Shown: positions 48,958 through 58,295 of the stretch, piece after piece
Position numbering within the stretch: position 1 is the first letter of the stretch
Layout of the letters: the number at the start of each line of letters is the position of its first letter
Assembly (NCBI GenBank): GCA_017468425.1
Contig: JAFUIO010000020.1
Coordinates: 93,185 to 157,184, forward strand
DNA length: 64,000 nucleotides
Direction of reading: 5' to 3'
Origin: Clostridia bacterium
Lineage (GTDB): Bacteria > Bacillota > Clostridia > Oscillospirales > Acutalibacteraceae
Position numbers and translations under genes: made by a program
The notes under the pieces: generated by a model
What the model was told of the DNA's origin: nothing
Databases searched by the model: none
The model's input: the letters and a program-made list of their open reading frames with translations, nothing else

Positions 48958-50260
48958 TCAGACTAAAAAGCCTTTCTTTCATAATTTGTTTTACAATAAT
49001 AAATATCTTGCTTTCTTTTCTTTTGTAGCAGCATTTATTATATGGATTGTTGTTGTTATGGCCTTCAGCCCTGAAACAACTTATAAAATAGAAGATGTCC
49101 CTGTAATTATCAATCTTGAAGACAGCACTGCTCAGAAACTTGATTTGCAGGCATTTACGGAAAAAGACTATAAAGTTGATGTTACTGTTGAAGGAAAAAG
49201 ATATTCAATTACACCAAATGATTTGTCTGCAGATGACATTACTGTTACTGCAAATCTCAGCTATGTTGATTCTGTTGGTGCTCATTCTTTAAAACTTGTG
49301 CCGACTAAAAATAACAGAAATGCTGATTATGAGATTGTTTCAATTTCAAGCGAAGAAATCGAAGTATATTTTGATGCATATAAAGAAATACAAGTCGACC
49401 TTAAAACTGAAAAATTACCCGGTAAATTGATTACAGACGGTTATTACAGTGATGGTCCTGTTCTTTCCGCTAATACCGTTGTTGTGGGTGGTGCTGCAAC
49501 GCAGATTAACAGATTAGATAAAGAGAATATTTTTGCGAAAATCGATGAAGATGAATTGAGGGGTGTTCAGAATCTTACAAAAACTACTCATTTTTCTTCA
49601 GTGATTGAACTTGTTGATAACTATGGTAATGAAGTCAAATATGTTGAAATTAAAGAAACAGCACCCGTGGTTATTACAGTTCCTGTTATGAAAAAGGCTG
49701 AATTTGCCACTACAGTTGAGTTTTCAAACACACCCGATAACTATAAGGATTTTATAGAAAACGTTGCTGTTACACCGGAAACTTTAAATGTTTGCGCAAC
49801 TGAAGATGTTATTTCTTCGCTTGAAAATGTTGTAGTAGGCACTATTGACTTTTCGTCACTTAAAAGCGGTGTAAATGTTTTTACCTTTAAAAAAGATGAG
49901 TTTTCTACAAACCTTAAAGTTCTTGAAAATATTGACGAAGTTACAGTAACTGTTACTGTGACTGACTTAGCTCAGAAAACAGTTGATGTTGATAAGAGCA
50001 GAATTTCTTTCACAAATGTGCCTGATAATTGCACAGTTTCTTTTGTAGATACACAGTCAACAATATCTGATGTTATTCTTTTTGGCAATCAGGATGAGCT
50101 TGATGCAGTGAATGCTGATGAAGTTTATGCAATTGTTGATATGACCGGTTACAAAGGAAAAACGGGCAGAGATATTGTAAAAGCAAAGGTATCTGTCAAT
50201 AGCCTTAATTGTTGGGCTTACGGTAGCTATGATTTACCTGTAAGCGTTGTTGTAAATTAG
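48944..50260 (+). CDS. cdaR: CdaA regulatory protein with YbbR-like repeats
   Basis: N-terminal TM anchor and repeated YbbR-type beta-rich modules. Overlaps the cdaA stop. GGAGG RBS before ATG 48944. Confidence 0.75.
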   Translation: MKRNNQTKKPFFHNLFYNNKYLAFFSFVAAFIIWIVVVMAFSPETTYKIEDVPVIINLEDSTAQKLDLQAFTEKDYKVDVTVEGKRYSITPNDLSADDITVTANLSYVDSVGAHSLKLVPTKNNRNADYEIVSISSEEIEVYFDAYKEIQVDLKTEKLPGKLITDGYYSDGPVLSANTVVVGGAATQINRLDKENIFAKIDEDELRGVQNLTKTTHFSSVIELVDNYGNEVKYVEIKETAPVVITVPVMKKAEFATTVEFSNTPDNYKDFIENVAVTPETLNVCATEDVISSLENVVVGTIDFSSLKSGVNVFTFKKDEFSTNLKVLENIDEVTVTVTVTDLAQKTVDVDKSRISFTNVPDNCTVSFVDTQSTISDVILFGNQDELDAVNADEVYAIVDMTGYKGKTGRDIVKAKVSVNSLNCWAYGSYDLPVSVVVN

Positions 50261-50271
50261 TGAAAATGTTA

Positions 50272-50309
50272 AACCTCGTAAGTTGGGATTATACTTACGA
50301 GGTTTTTTT
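50272..50309. terminator. Bidirectional terminator
   Basis: AACCTCGTAAGT / ACTTACGAGGTT stem followed by TTTTT. Confidence 0.8.
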
Positions 50310-50322
50310 AATAAATCAATTT

Positions 50323-50970
50323 TTAGCTTTTCTTTTTCTTGAACAAATCAAAGTTAAAAATCCACTTGAATAACTTTGCGTCACTCTTATAACAGATGTT
50401 CACGATAATAGCTGCGAGTAAGCCTGCGATGAAACCAATGATAAGACCACCTATAACATCTGAGGGGAAATGCACGCAGAGATAAATTCTTGTTATGCCC
50501 ATAACAATTGCAAACAGGAAGGCAGTCCAGCTGACTTTTTTGTTTGTTGTGAAGAACAGACCGGTCATTGCTGCCATTGCAGATGTTGTATGACCTGAGG
50601 GGAATGAGAATTCACTTTCTACGTGAGAGCCGGCATCTATCCACCATTGATGGAAAATGCTGAGTTCGTCATGATAAGGTCTCGGGCGAGCAATAACAGG
50701 CTTGATAGTTATGTTGGTGAATAATGCGCCGATTATGATAGCACCGAGCATTGCTGCGCCGACTTTTCTTGTTTTCTTGAATACCATCAGTAATAAAGAA
50801 AGTAAAATCAAAAAGATACCGTCATCGCCCAGCTTTGTGAAGTAACCCATAAAGAAGTCAAAAAAACCACTTGCGGGTCCGATGTTTAAATTGTGAAAGA
50901 ATTCAAGAAGAGCATAGTCAAAACTTGCAAAAGTTGAATTGATCCACTGTGCTGCTGCAGAAATTTCCAA
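50323..50970 (-). CDS. PAP2-family phosphatase (undecaprenyl-diphosphatase-like)
   Basis: PSGHT and SRIYLCVHFPSD motifs. TTG 50970 lies 8 nt after AAGGAGG. The longer ORF-track start (51027) falls in the predicted -35 element. Confidence 0.75.
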   Translation of the reverse strand: MEISAAAQWINSTFASFDYALLEFFHNLNIGPASGFFDFFMGYFTKLGDDGIFLILLSLLLMVFKKTRKVGAAMLGAIIIGALFTNITIKPVIARPRPYHDELSIFHQWWIDAGSHVESEFSFPSGHTTSAMAAMTGLFFTTNKKVSWTAFLFAIVMGITRIYLCVHFPSDVIGGLIIGFIAGLLAAIIVNICYKSDAKLFKWIFNFDLFKKKKS

Positions 50971-50998
50971 AAATTCCGCCTCCTTTAACTTTTTGTAT

Positions 50999-51027
50999 AG
51001 TATATCATATATTAAAAAATAATTCAA
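50999..51027 (-). promoter_or_regulatory. Promoter of the PAP2 gene (minus strand)
   Basis: On the minus strand: TTGAAT, 17-nt spacer, TATACT. Confidence 0.5.
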
Positions 51028-51045
51028 TCATTACTTATTATAAAA

Positions 51046-51079
51046 ATGACCTGATTTTCACAAATGAAAATCAGGTCAT
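51046..51079 (-). terminator. Terminator downstream of prs
   Basis: 14-bp stem ATGACCTGATTTTC / GAAAATCAGGTCAT. Confidence 0.75.
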
Positions 51080-51090
51080 AAAAATCTCAA

Positions 51091-52287
51091 TTATTTCTCT
51101 GAATGGTCAGGTACGTTAAAACCTTTAGAAGTGAGAAGTTTGTAGATTCTGTCAGCAGGATTGAGGAGTTTGCTTACAGACATATCATGGTTGAGAGTAT
51201 CAACAATATATGAAATGTATTTTGAAAGGTCAACTTCACAATACCATTCTCTCTCAAGAAGTTCAGGTGTTCTGTAAATAAGGTTAGTTGTAAATACTTT
51301 CGTAATCATTCCGTCAGCATATGCTTTGTCGAATGAATCAAGACCTTCACAGAAAAGACCGAAGCTTGAGCATACAAAAATTCTGTTCGCTTTGAGAGCT
51401 TTAAGCTTTTTAGCAACTTCAATCATTGATTCGCCTGAAGAAATCATATCGTCAACAATGATAACGTCTTTGCCTTCAACATTGTCACCAAGGAACTGAT
51501 GAGCAACGATGGGGTTTCTGCCGTTGACAACTACTGAATAGTCACGTCTCTTATAGAACATACCAAGATCAACGCCAAGAACCGTTGAATAATAAATACA
51601 TCTGCCCATACCGCCTTCGTCAGGTGAAATAACCATAAGGTGGTCTTTATCAATATTGATATCAGGAACATTTTTAACGATAGCTTTAATCATCTGATAT
51701 GTTGCCTGAACGTTTTCAAAGCCGTTAAGGGGAATTGCGTTCTGCACCCTGGGGTCGTGAGCGTCAAAAGTGATGATATTGTCAACGCCCATATAGGTGC
51801 AGAGTTCCTGAAGTGCGTTTGCACAGTCAAGTGATTCTCTTGAAGAACGTTTATGCTGTCTGCCTTCATAAAGCATGGGCATAATAACTGTAATTCTTCT
51901 TGCTTTACCTGCAATAGCACTGATAGCTCTTTTAAGATTAGCATAGTGTTCATCAGGACTCATATAATGAGTCTTGCCGTACATTTTATAACTCAAGCCG
52001 TGGTTGAACATATCGCATACGATGAAAATGTCAAAACCTCTTACTGTACCGCTGATAGTAGCTTTACCTTCACCTGTACCAAAACGGGGAAAGTGCATAT
52101 TAAGTAAATAAGTATCTCTCTGATAACCTGCGAAAGCAATAGTGGTTTTATGCTCACTATCACGTTCCTGTCTCCATCTTACAAGATATTTGTCAATTTT
52201 TTCTGCAAGTTCTTCACATCCCGGCAAAGCAATGATGCCAAGCTGACCTACAGGGATAGTTTCAAATTTTCCGTTCAAATCCGGCAT
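51091..52287 (-). CDS. prs: Ribose-phosphate pyrophosphokinase, long form (about 398 aa)
   Basis: PRPP-binding loop VIIVDDMISSGES and MPMLYEGRQHKR. GGAGGAA RBS before ATG 52287. Confidence 0.8.
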   Translation of the reverse strand: MPDLNGKFETIPVGQLGIIALPGCEELAEKIDKYLVRWRQERDSEHKTTIAFAGYQRDTYLLNMHFPRFGTGEGKATISGTVRGFDIFIVCDMFNHGLSYKMYGKTHYMSPDEHYANLKRAISAIAGKARRITVIMPMLYEGRQHKRSSRESLDCANALQELCTYMGVDNIITFDAHDPRVQNAIPLNGFENVQATYQMIKAIVKNVPDINIDKDHLMVISPDEGGMGRCIYYSTVLGVDLGMFYKRRDYSVVVNGRNPIVAHQFLGDNVEGKDVIIVDDMISSGESMIEVAKKLKALKANRIFVCSSFGLFCEGLDSFDKAYADGMITKVFTTNLIYRTPELLEREWYCEVDLSKYISYIVDTLNHDMSVSKLLNPADRIYKLLTSKGFNVPDHSEK

Positions 52288-52412
52288 ATTTTCTTCCTCC
52301 ACATCATTTAGTCGAATTCTGGACAAACTCGTATATATATTGTACTATTGTTTTTCAGTTTTGAAAAGGGGTAAAAGCAAAATTTACGAAAAAAAAAGTA
52401 AAAAAATTTTGA

Positions 52413-52440
52413 CAACTTTTGTAGAATGCTACAAAAGTTG
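52413..52440 (-). terminator. Terminator downstream of the CDF transporter gene
   Basis: 12-bp stem CAACTTTTGTAG / CTACAAAAGTTG, with a T-run on the minus strand. Confidence 0.75.
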
Positions 52441-52455
52441 TTAAATTGTTGCTTT

Positions 52456-53628
52456 TTAATGATTGGAATAATTTCTGTCAACAGTAATAACGCAGTTGAA
52501 ATTAGGCTTTCTTTCCTTGACTTTTCCTTTGATGATTTCAGTAAGTTGGTTTTCTGTCATTTCAGATTCGTATGGTAAAACAACGTCAAAAATCAGATTT
52601 GTGTGATTAGGGCCTGAAACAAGTCTGAAATCATGAATGCTCAGAGATGAGTCAATTCCATTGATTATTTCAATCAGTTCAGTTCTGTTTTCGGTTACTA
52701 TCTTATTGTCGGTTTCGATGGGGTCAGTATGTGCCACTATTTCGATGCCGAACTCTTTTTTTATCGCAACTTCAATGTCGTCCATAATTTCATGCACAAC
52801 AAGCACGTTTTCATTTGCAGGTACTTCAACATGAACACTTCCGAAGGTTTTTGCAGAGCCATAGTTGTGGATAATAAGGTCATGTATGCCTACAACCTTG
52901 TCATAAGACATAATCAGTTTTTCAATTCCATTGACTAATTCTTTTTCGGGCGATTGACCGAGCAGGGGATTGATTGTGTCTTTTACAATGTTAATGCCGG
53001 CAATAATTATAATAACTGCAACGATTATGCCGAGATATCCGTCGACATTCAGTCCTGCATAATGCGAAAGAAGCATTGATATAATTGTTACAACAGTCGC
53101 ACCGCTGTCACTGATACAATCGGTAAATACAGCAGTCATCGCTGCAGAGTTGATTGATTTACCGAGTTTTCTGTTGAAAAGCCCTAACCATAATTTTCCT
53201 GCGATAGACAAAATAAGTACAACAATCACCCATATGCTGTAAGTTATTTCAGTCGGATTAATTATCTTTTCAACCGAAGTTTTGATAAAATCAAATCCGA
53301 AAAGAAGAACGATAAAACCGACAATAAGCCCGGAAATGTATTCAATTCTGCCGTGACCGAACGGATGAGTAGTGTCTGCGGGTTTGTTGGACATTTTGAA
53401 ACCGATCAATGTAATTATTGACGAACCGGCATCAGAAATGTTATTCACAGCGTCTGCGGTTATTGAAATACTTCCTGAAAAAGTACCTATAATTAATTTT
53501 GCAGAAGCAAGAATAATATTTAATACTATTCCCACCATACCGGCGAGAACACCATATTTCTCGCGCACGATGTTATTTTGTGTGTCTTTGTAATTCTTTA
53601 CAAAAAGCTTTAGTAGAAGATTTGTCAT
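52456..53628 (-). CDS. Cation diffusion facilitator family metal efflux transporter
   Basis: Six TM segments, DA..N..D and HGH motifs, and a C-terminal cytoplasmic domain. Confidence 0.8.
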   Translation of the reverse strand: MTNLLLKLFVKNYKDTQNNIVREKYGVLAGMVGIVLNIILASAKLIIGTFSGSISITADAVNNISDAGSSIITLIGFKMSNKPADTTHPFGHGRIEYISGLIVGFIVLLFGFDFIKTSVEKIINPTEITYSIWVIVVLILSIAGKLWLGLFNRKLGKSINSAAMTAVFTDCISDSGATVVTIISMLLSHYAGLNVDGYLGIIVAVIIIIAGINIVKDTINPLLGQSPEKELVNGIEKLIMSYDKVVGIHDLIIHNYGSAKTFGSVHVEVPANENVLVVHEIMDDIEVAIKKEFGIEIVAHTDPIETDNKIVTENRTELIEIINGIDSSLSIHDFRLVSGPNHTNLIFDVVLPYESEMTENQLTEIIKGKVKERKPNFNCVITVDRNYSNH

Positions 53629-53699
53629 ATAAACACCCTATTTGTTAATTTTTTATAATTTAGAATAACATTATTTTAATTTACTGTCAATGAGTTACG

Positions 53700-53728
53700 T
53701 TGACATAAATTGCCTTATATAGTAAAAT
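53700..53728 (+). promoter_or_regulatory. Promoter of the ABC-F gene
   Basis: TTGACA, 17-nt spacer, TAAAAT. Confidence 0.55.
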
Positions 53729-53762
53729 ATAAAGATGAAATATGGTAATTAGGAGAAATAAA

Positions 53763-55361
53763 ATGTTAAGTACATCAAACATAGGATTACAGTATGGCGG
53801 AAGAACATTATTTGAACACGTATCACTTAATTTTTCACAGGGCAACTGTTACGGAATTATCGGTGCAAACGGTGCGGGTAAATCAACTTTTCTTAAGATT
53901 CTTTCAGGAGAAATTGAACCTAATAAAGGTGAAGTTATTATAACTCCCGGTGAAAGAATGTCAGTTTTAAAACAGGACCACTTTGAATTTGACGATTGTG
54001 ACGTTATAAGAACTGTTCTTCTCGGTAACAAAAAGCTTTGTGACATAATGGATGCAAAAGAAGAACTTTATGCAAAAGAAGATTTTACTGAAGAAGATGG
54101 TATCAGAATCAGTGAACTTGAAGAAGAATTTGCCGAAATGGACGGCTGGAGTGCCGAAAGTGATGCTGAAATTCTTCTCAACGGTCTTGGTGTTACAAAT
54201 GAATATCATTATATGAAAATGGCTGAACTTGATAATGATATCAAAGTTAAAGTCCTTCTTGCCCAGGCTCTTTTTGGAAATCCTGACATCCTTCTTATGG
54301 ATGAACCGACAAACCATCTTGATATTGATGCTATCCGTTGGCTTGAAGATTTTCTTATGGAGCTTGAAAGTGTTGTTATAGTTGTAAGCCATGACAGACA
54401 TTTCCTTAACAAGATATGTACACACACAGTTGATGTTGACTATGGTAAAATCACAATGTATGTGGGTAACTACGATTTCTGGTATGACTATACTCAGCTT
54501 GCACAGCGCCAGATGAGAGAACAGAATAAAAAGACAGAAGCAAAGATGAAGGAACTTCAGGAATTCGTTGCACGATTCAGTGCTAACGCTTCTAAATCAA
54601 AGCAGGCTACAAGCCGTAAAAAACTTCTTGAAAATCTTGTGCTTGAAGAAATTCCGGTTTCATCACGCCGTTTTCCGTATGTTGCTTTTAAGCCTGACAG
54701 AGAAATCGGTAATGAAGTGCTCACTGTTTCGAATATTTCAAAAACAGTCGGTGACAGAAAAGTTCTTGATAATTTAAGCTTTGTAATTACTCCCAACGAG
54801 AAGGTTGCCTTTATAGGCACTGATGCGGTTGCTAAAACTACTCTCTTTAAAATCCTTGCAGGTGAATTGGAATCTGATGAAGGTACTTTCAAATGGGGTG
54901 TTACAACTTCACAGTCTTATTTCCCCAGTGATAACTCTGAATACTTTGATGGTTGCGAAGATAATCTTCTTGACTGGATAAGAAGATATTCAGACCTCGT
55001 TTTTGAAACAGATGTCAGAGGATGGCTCGGAAGAATGATGTTCTCAGGCGAAGAAGCAACTAAAAAAGCAAGTGTTCTTTCCGGTGGTGAAAGAGTGCGT
55101 TGTATGCTTTGTAAAATGATGCTTTCAGGTGCTAATGTTCTTATTCTTGATGAACCTACCAACCATCTTGACCTTGAATCAATAGCTGCACTCAATGATG
55201 GCCTTGCAAAATTCCCCGGTGCACTTCTGTTTACTTCACACGACCATCAGCTCGTTCAGACCGTTGCTGACAGAATTATCAAAATCGATGAAGATGGTTT
55301 CTATGATAAGAAACAGACATATGATGAATATCTTGAAGAAAAGGCAAATGCTGAAAAATAA
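53763..55361 (+). CDS. ABC-F family ATPase (YbiT/YkpA-like, no TM domain)
   Basis: Two Walker A motifs (GANGAGKST, and one degenerate in NBD2), LSGGE signatures, and an inter-domain linker. The N-terminus closely parallels E. coli YbiT as recalled. Confidence 0.85.
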   Translation: MLSTSNIGLQYGGRTLFEHVSLNFSQGNCYGIIGANGAGKSTFLKILSGEIEPNKGEVIITPGERMSVLKQDHFEFDDCDVIRTVLLGNKKLCDIMDAKEELYAKEDFTEEDGIRISELEEEFAEMDGWSAESDAEILLNGLGVTNEYHYMKMAELDNDIKVKVLLAQALFGNPDILLMDEPTNHLDIDAIRWLEDFLMELESVVIVVSHDRHFLNKICTHTVDVDYGKITMYVGNYDFWYDYTQLAQRQMREQNKKTEAKMKELQEFVARFSANASKSKQATSRKKLLENLVLEEIPVSSRRFPYVAFKPDREIGNEVLTVSNISKTVGDRKVLDNLSFVITPNEKVAFIGTDAVAKTTLFKILAGELESDEGTFKWGVTTSQSYFPSDNSEYFDGCEDNLLDWIRRYSDLVFETDVRGWLGRMMFSGEEATKKASVLSGGERVRCMLCKMMLSGANVLILDEPTNHLDLESIAALNDGLAKFPGALLFTSHDHQLVQTVADRIIKIDEDGFYDKKQTYDEYLEEKANAEK

Positions 55362-55373
55362 CGGAGGGATATT

Positions 55374-56033
55374 ATGATAAAAGCTGTTATTTTCGATATG
55401 GATGGTCTGATGTTTGATACTGAAAAAATCGGCATCAGAACATGGAATAAACTTTCGGAAGAATTAGGATATCCGAAACTTCATAACTTGATTTATACCT
55501 GTTTTGGTACAAATCATAATTTCAAGAGAAAATATTTCGCTGAAGTTTTAGGAGAAGATTTTCCCTATGACCTTTTTGTAAAAAGAGAAATTGAAATTAC
55601 AGGTCAGACACTTAAAGATGAAGGTGTGCCTCACAAAAAAGGTCTTGTTGAACTTCTTGAATATCTGAAAAATAATAATATCAGAACTGCGGTTGCAACT
55701 TCAACAACATACGGACCGGCAGTTGAGCATATTAAAGATGCCGGTGTGTTTGATTATTTTGATGCAATTATTACAGGCGATATGACAGAAAAAGGTAAAC
55801 CTGAACCTGATATTTATCTTAAAGCCTGTGCGGAAGTAGGCGTTGACCCTGCTAATGCGATGGGTCTCGAAGACAGTTACAACGGTGTGCGTGCAATTTA
55901 TGCGGCAGGTATGAAGGCTGTTATGATTCCTGATATGGTAGAGCCTGATGATGAAATGAGAGAAAAAACTTATGCAATCAGGGAATCACTTCTTGATGTA
56001 ATTGATATTCTTGAAGAAATTAATAAAGTCTGA
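55374..56033 (+). CDS. HAD-superfamily hydrolase (beta-phosphoglucomutase-like subfamily IA)
   Basis: VIFDMDGLMFDTE motif I, ATST motif II, KGKPEPD and EDS motifs. Confidence 0.85.
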   Translation: MIKAVIFDMDGLMFDTEKIGIRTWNKLSEELGYPKLHNLIYTCFGTNHNFKRKYFAEVLGEDFPYDLFVKREIEITGQTLKDEGVPHKKGLVELLEYLKNNNIRTAVATSTTYGPAVEHIKDAGVFDYFDAIITGDMTEKGKPEPDIYLKACAEVGVDPANAMGLEDSYNGVRAIYAAGMKAVMIPDMVEPDDEMREKTYAIRESLLDVIDILEEINKV

Positions 56034-56150
56034 CGGCGGTAATTAGTCAAAAATTGCTCTGATTTTTTGTGTAAAACGTTAAGACGATTTTTTCTTAAAA
56101 ACATTGATTAAACCCTTCATTTATGATATCATATTCCTTAAGGAGATAAT

Positions 56151-56924
56151 ATGACAGAAGACAACATTTTACTCTCATTTGCGCACGACAGAATGTCAAA
56201 ATGCATAAACGATTATGTTGTTACATCAACAGCTTTTCTTGATGTCAGACAGCAATCACTTGTTTTATCTGAGTTTTCTTCAATACACGAAGCCAAAATA
56301 CTGCTTTATGGTGGCTTTGACACTGCTGAGCGGCTTGTTGCAGTTTTTGTTCCTTATTATTTTGAAGAAGAACCTGCGTCATATTTTTCTGAAAATCCTG
56401 ATGAAAATCCGCTTACGGTCATCCGTTTTACAAAAGATAGTTTTTCGCAGGCAGGACATCGTGATTATCTCGGTGCACTGATGGGACTTGGTATCAAAAG
56501 AGAAACAATAGGGGATATAATTGTTACGGACAAAGGTGCAGATATTATTGTTCTGAAATCAATAGCGCCATTTATTTTGTCTGAACTTAAATCTGCAGGA
56601 CGTGCAACTTTACAAGCCAAAGAAATCAGTTTTTCAGAAATTTCATCTTCTGTTTCTTCAGCAAAGGAGATTACAATTAATGTATCTTCAATGCGACTTG
56701 ATAATGTTATCGCAGCCTGTTATAAACTTTCCCGGTCAGACAGTTCGGATGCTATTTTGTCCGGAAGTGTTTTTGTTAATTCCCTTCAGGCTATTAAATG
56801 CGATAAAAAGGTGAGTGAAGGCGATAAAATAGTTTTCCGCACCAAAGGTAAGGCTGTTATCAAAGAGATTTCAGGCACTTCAAAAAAAGGAAGACTTTTT
56901 TTGAAAATTGATATATATAATTGA
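56151..56924 (+). CDS. ylmH: YlmH-like S4-domain RNA-binding protein
   Basis: Size and a C-terminal S4-like region (MRLDNVIAACYKLSRSD...V.VN). Confidence 0.65.
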   Translation: MTEDNILLSFAHDRMSKCINDYVVTSTAFLDVRQQSLVLSEFSSIHEAKILLYGGFDTAERLVAVFVPYYFEEEPASYFSENPDENPLTVIRFTKDSFSQAGHRDYLGALMGLGIKRETIGDIIVTDKGADIIVLKSIAPFILSELKSAGRATLQAKEISFSEISSSVSSAKEITINVSSMRLDNVIAACYKLSRSDSSDAILSGSVFVNSLQAIKCDKKVSEGDKIVFRTKGKAVIKEISGTSKKGRLFLKIDIYN

Positions 56925-56933
56925 TTTTATATA

Positions 56934-56961
56934 TTGACTTTTTGCTGATTTATGGTATAAT
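56934..56961 (+). promoter_or_regulatory. Promoter of the carAB leader
   Basis: TTGACT, 16-nt spacer, TATAAT. Confidence 0.6.
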
Positions 56962-56994
56962 TATTTGATTTGAATTGTGAGGAAGGTGTCAGAA

Positions 56995-57111
56995 GTGAAA
57001 CAAGCACGTATATTATACGCGTTGACAATTGAAAAGATGTCTTGTTTTACTGTTACATCGGCATTGTTATCTCAAAAATCTGAAAAATCATTTATCAACA
57101 AACGGCTATAA
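56995..57111 (+). CDS. Candidate 38-codon leader ORF (MKQARILYALTIEKMSCFTVTSALLSQKSEKSFINKRL)
   Basis: GAGGAAGG RBS 8 nt before GTG 56995. The stop TAA (57109-57111) lies inside the 5' arm of the first leader hairpin. The ORF is below the 60-aa cut-off of the ORF track. Confidence 0.3.
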   Translation: MKQARILYALTIEKMSCFTVTSALLSQKSEKSFINKRL

Positions 57112-57185
57112 TTGTTTATATAACAATAGCCAATATGTTATTTGTTAAGTATTGGCTGATTTTTTAAAATCGGCCATTTATTATA
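57104..57185 (+). promoter_or_regulatory. Three mutually exclusive leader hairpins ending in a terminator-like structure upstream of carA
   Basis: H1 is GGCTA..TTGTT / AACAATAGCC (57104-57131). H2 is GCCAATA / TATTGGC (57129-57156). H3 is TGGCTGATTTT / AAAATCGGCCA (57153-57176), followed by TTTATTATATTT. Confidence 0.45.
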
Positions 57186-57224
57186 TTTGCTTCGGGCAAA
57201 AATCTAAGTATGGGAAGTATGTCT

Positions 57225-58295
57225 ATGAAAAAGGTTTACATCGTCCTCGAAGACGGGCACATCTTTGAAGGCAAGGCATTCGGTGCAGAGGGAGAAACTC
57301 TGGGCGAACTTGTTTTCACAACAAGCGTGGTTGGTTATGTTGCAACACTTACAGACCCCCGCTACTACGGCCAGATAATTTTACAGACATTTCCGCTTAT
57401 CGGAAATTATGGCTATATCAGTGAACAACGTGAAAGTGATAAAGTATGGGCAAAGGCTTTCATTGCGAGAGAATGGTGTGAAAACCCATCAAACTTCAGA
57501 TGCGAAAAAACACTTGATGAATATCTTAAAGAACAGGGTGTTATCGGTGTTTATGATGTGGATACACGCGAAATCACTCAGCTTATCCGCGAAAATGGTG
57601 TGATGAATGCTAAAATTGTATCCAGCCTTGATGATATTGATTATGATGAAATCAAGAACTATAAAATTGAAAATGCCGTTGCTGCTGTTTCTGATGGAGA
57701 AACAAAAGTTTACGGTCAGGATAATGATGGTGCAGCAGTTACTGTTGTTAATTTCGGTTATGATAAAAATGCTGTCAAAGATTTGTTGAATCTCGGCATG
57801 AAAGTAACTTCAGTTTCCGCATCTTCAACTGCTGAAGAAATTCTCGCAACCAATCCTCAGGGAGTTGTTCTTTCTGATGGCCCCGGTAATCCTGCTGAAA
57901 ATGAATCAGCAATCGCTGAAGTTTCAAAACTTGTAGGCAAACTTCCGATTTTCGGACTTGGTCTCGGTCATCTTGTTCTTGCTCTTGCAAACGGTGCTGA
58001 AACTTCAAAACTTAAGTTCGGTCATCGTGGTTCTAACCAGCCTGTCAAGAGTCTTAAAACAGGTAAAACATATATCACAAGCCAGAACAGCGGTTATACC
58101 GTAAACGCTGAAAGTCTTGAAAAATGTGGCGGTGAAGTTGCGTTTATCAATGTTAATGACGGCACTTGTGAAGGTGTTGATTATAAAGATAAAAATGCAT
58201 TCTCTGTTCAATACCATCCTGAAGCTGGTTTACGCGACAGAGATGTGGATAAAATATTTGATCGTTTTGCAGCAATGTTGGGAGGTAATGACTGA
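57225..58295 (+). CDS. carA: Carbamoyl-phosphate synthase small (glutaminase) subunit
   Basis: Catalytic triad context GLGLGHL (the expected GICLGHQ Cys position should be checked) and YHPEA. ATG 57225 preferred. Confidence 0.85.
   Translation: MKKVYIVLEDGHIFEGKAFGAEGETLGELVFTTSVVGYVATLTDPRYYGQIILQTFPLIGNYGYISEQRESDKVWAKAFIAREWCENPSNFRCEKTLDEYLKEQGVIGVYDVDTREITQLIRENGVMNAKIVSSLDDIDYDEIKNYKIENAVAAVSDGETKVYGQDNDGAAVTVVNFGYDKNAVKDLLNLGMKVTSVSASSTAEEILATNPQGVVLSDGPGNPAENESAIAEVSKLVGKLPIFGLGLGHLVLALANGAETSKLKFGHRGSNQPVKSLKTGKTYITSQNSGYTVNAESLEKCGGEVAFINVNDGTCEGVDYKDKNAFSVQYHPEAGLRDRDVDKIFDRFAAMLGGND

Noticed and set aside
50971-51027. Longer PAP2 ORF starting at TTG 51027.
   Set aside because: That codon coincides with the predicted -35 hexamer and there is no RBS. 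TTG 50970 is preceded by AAGGAGG at ideal spacing.
56965-56985. TTGATTTGAATTGTGAGG, considered as an ArgR (ARG box) operator upstream of carA.
   Set aside because: Only one TGAAT half-site is present, with no ATTCA partner at the right spacing.
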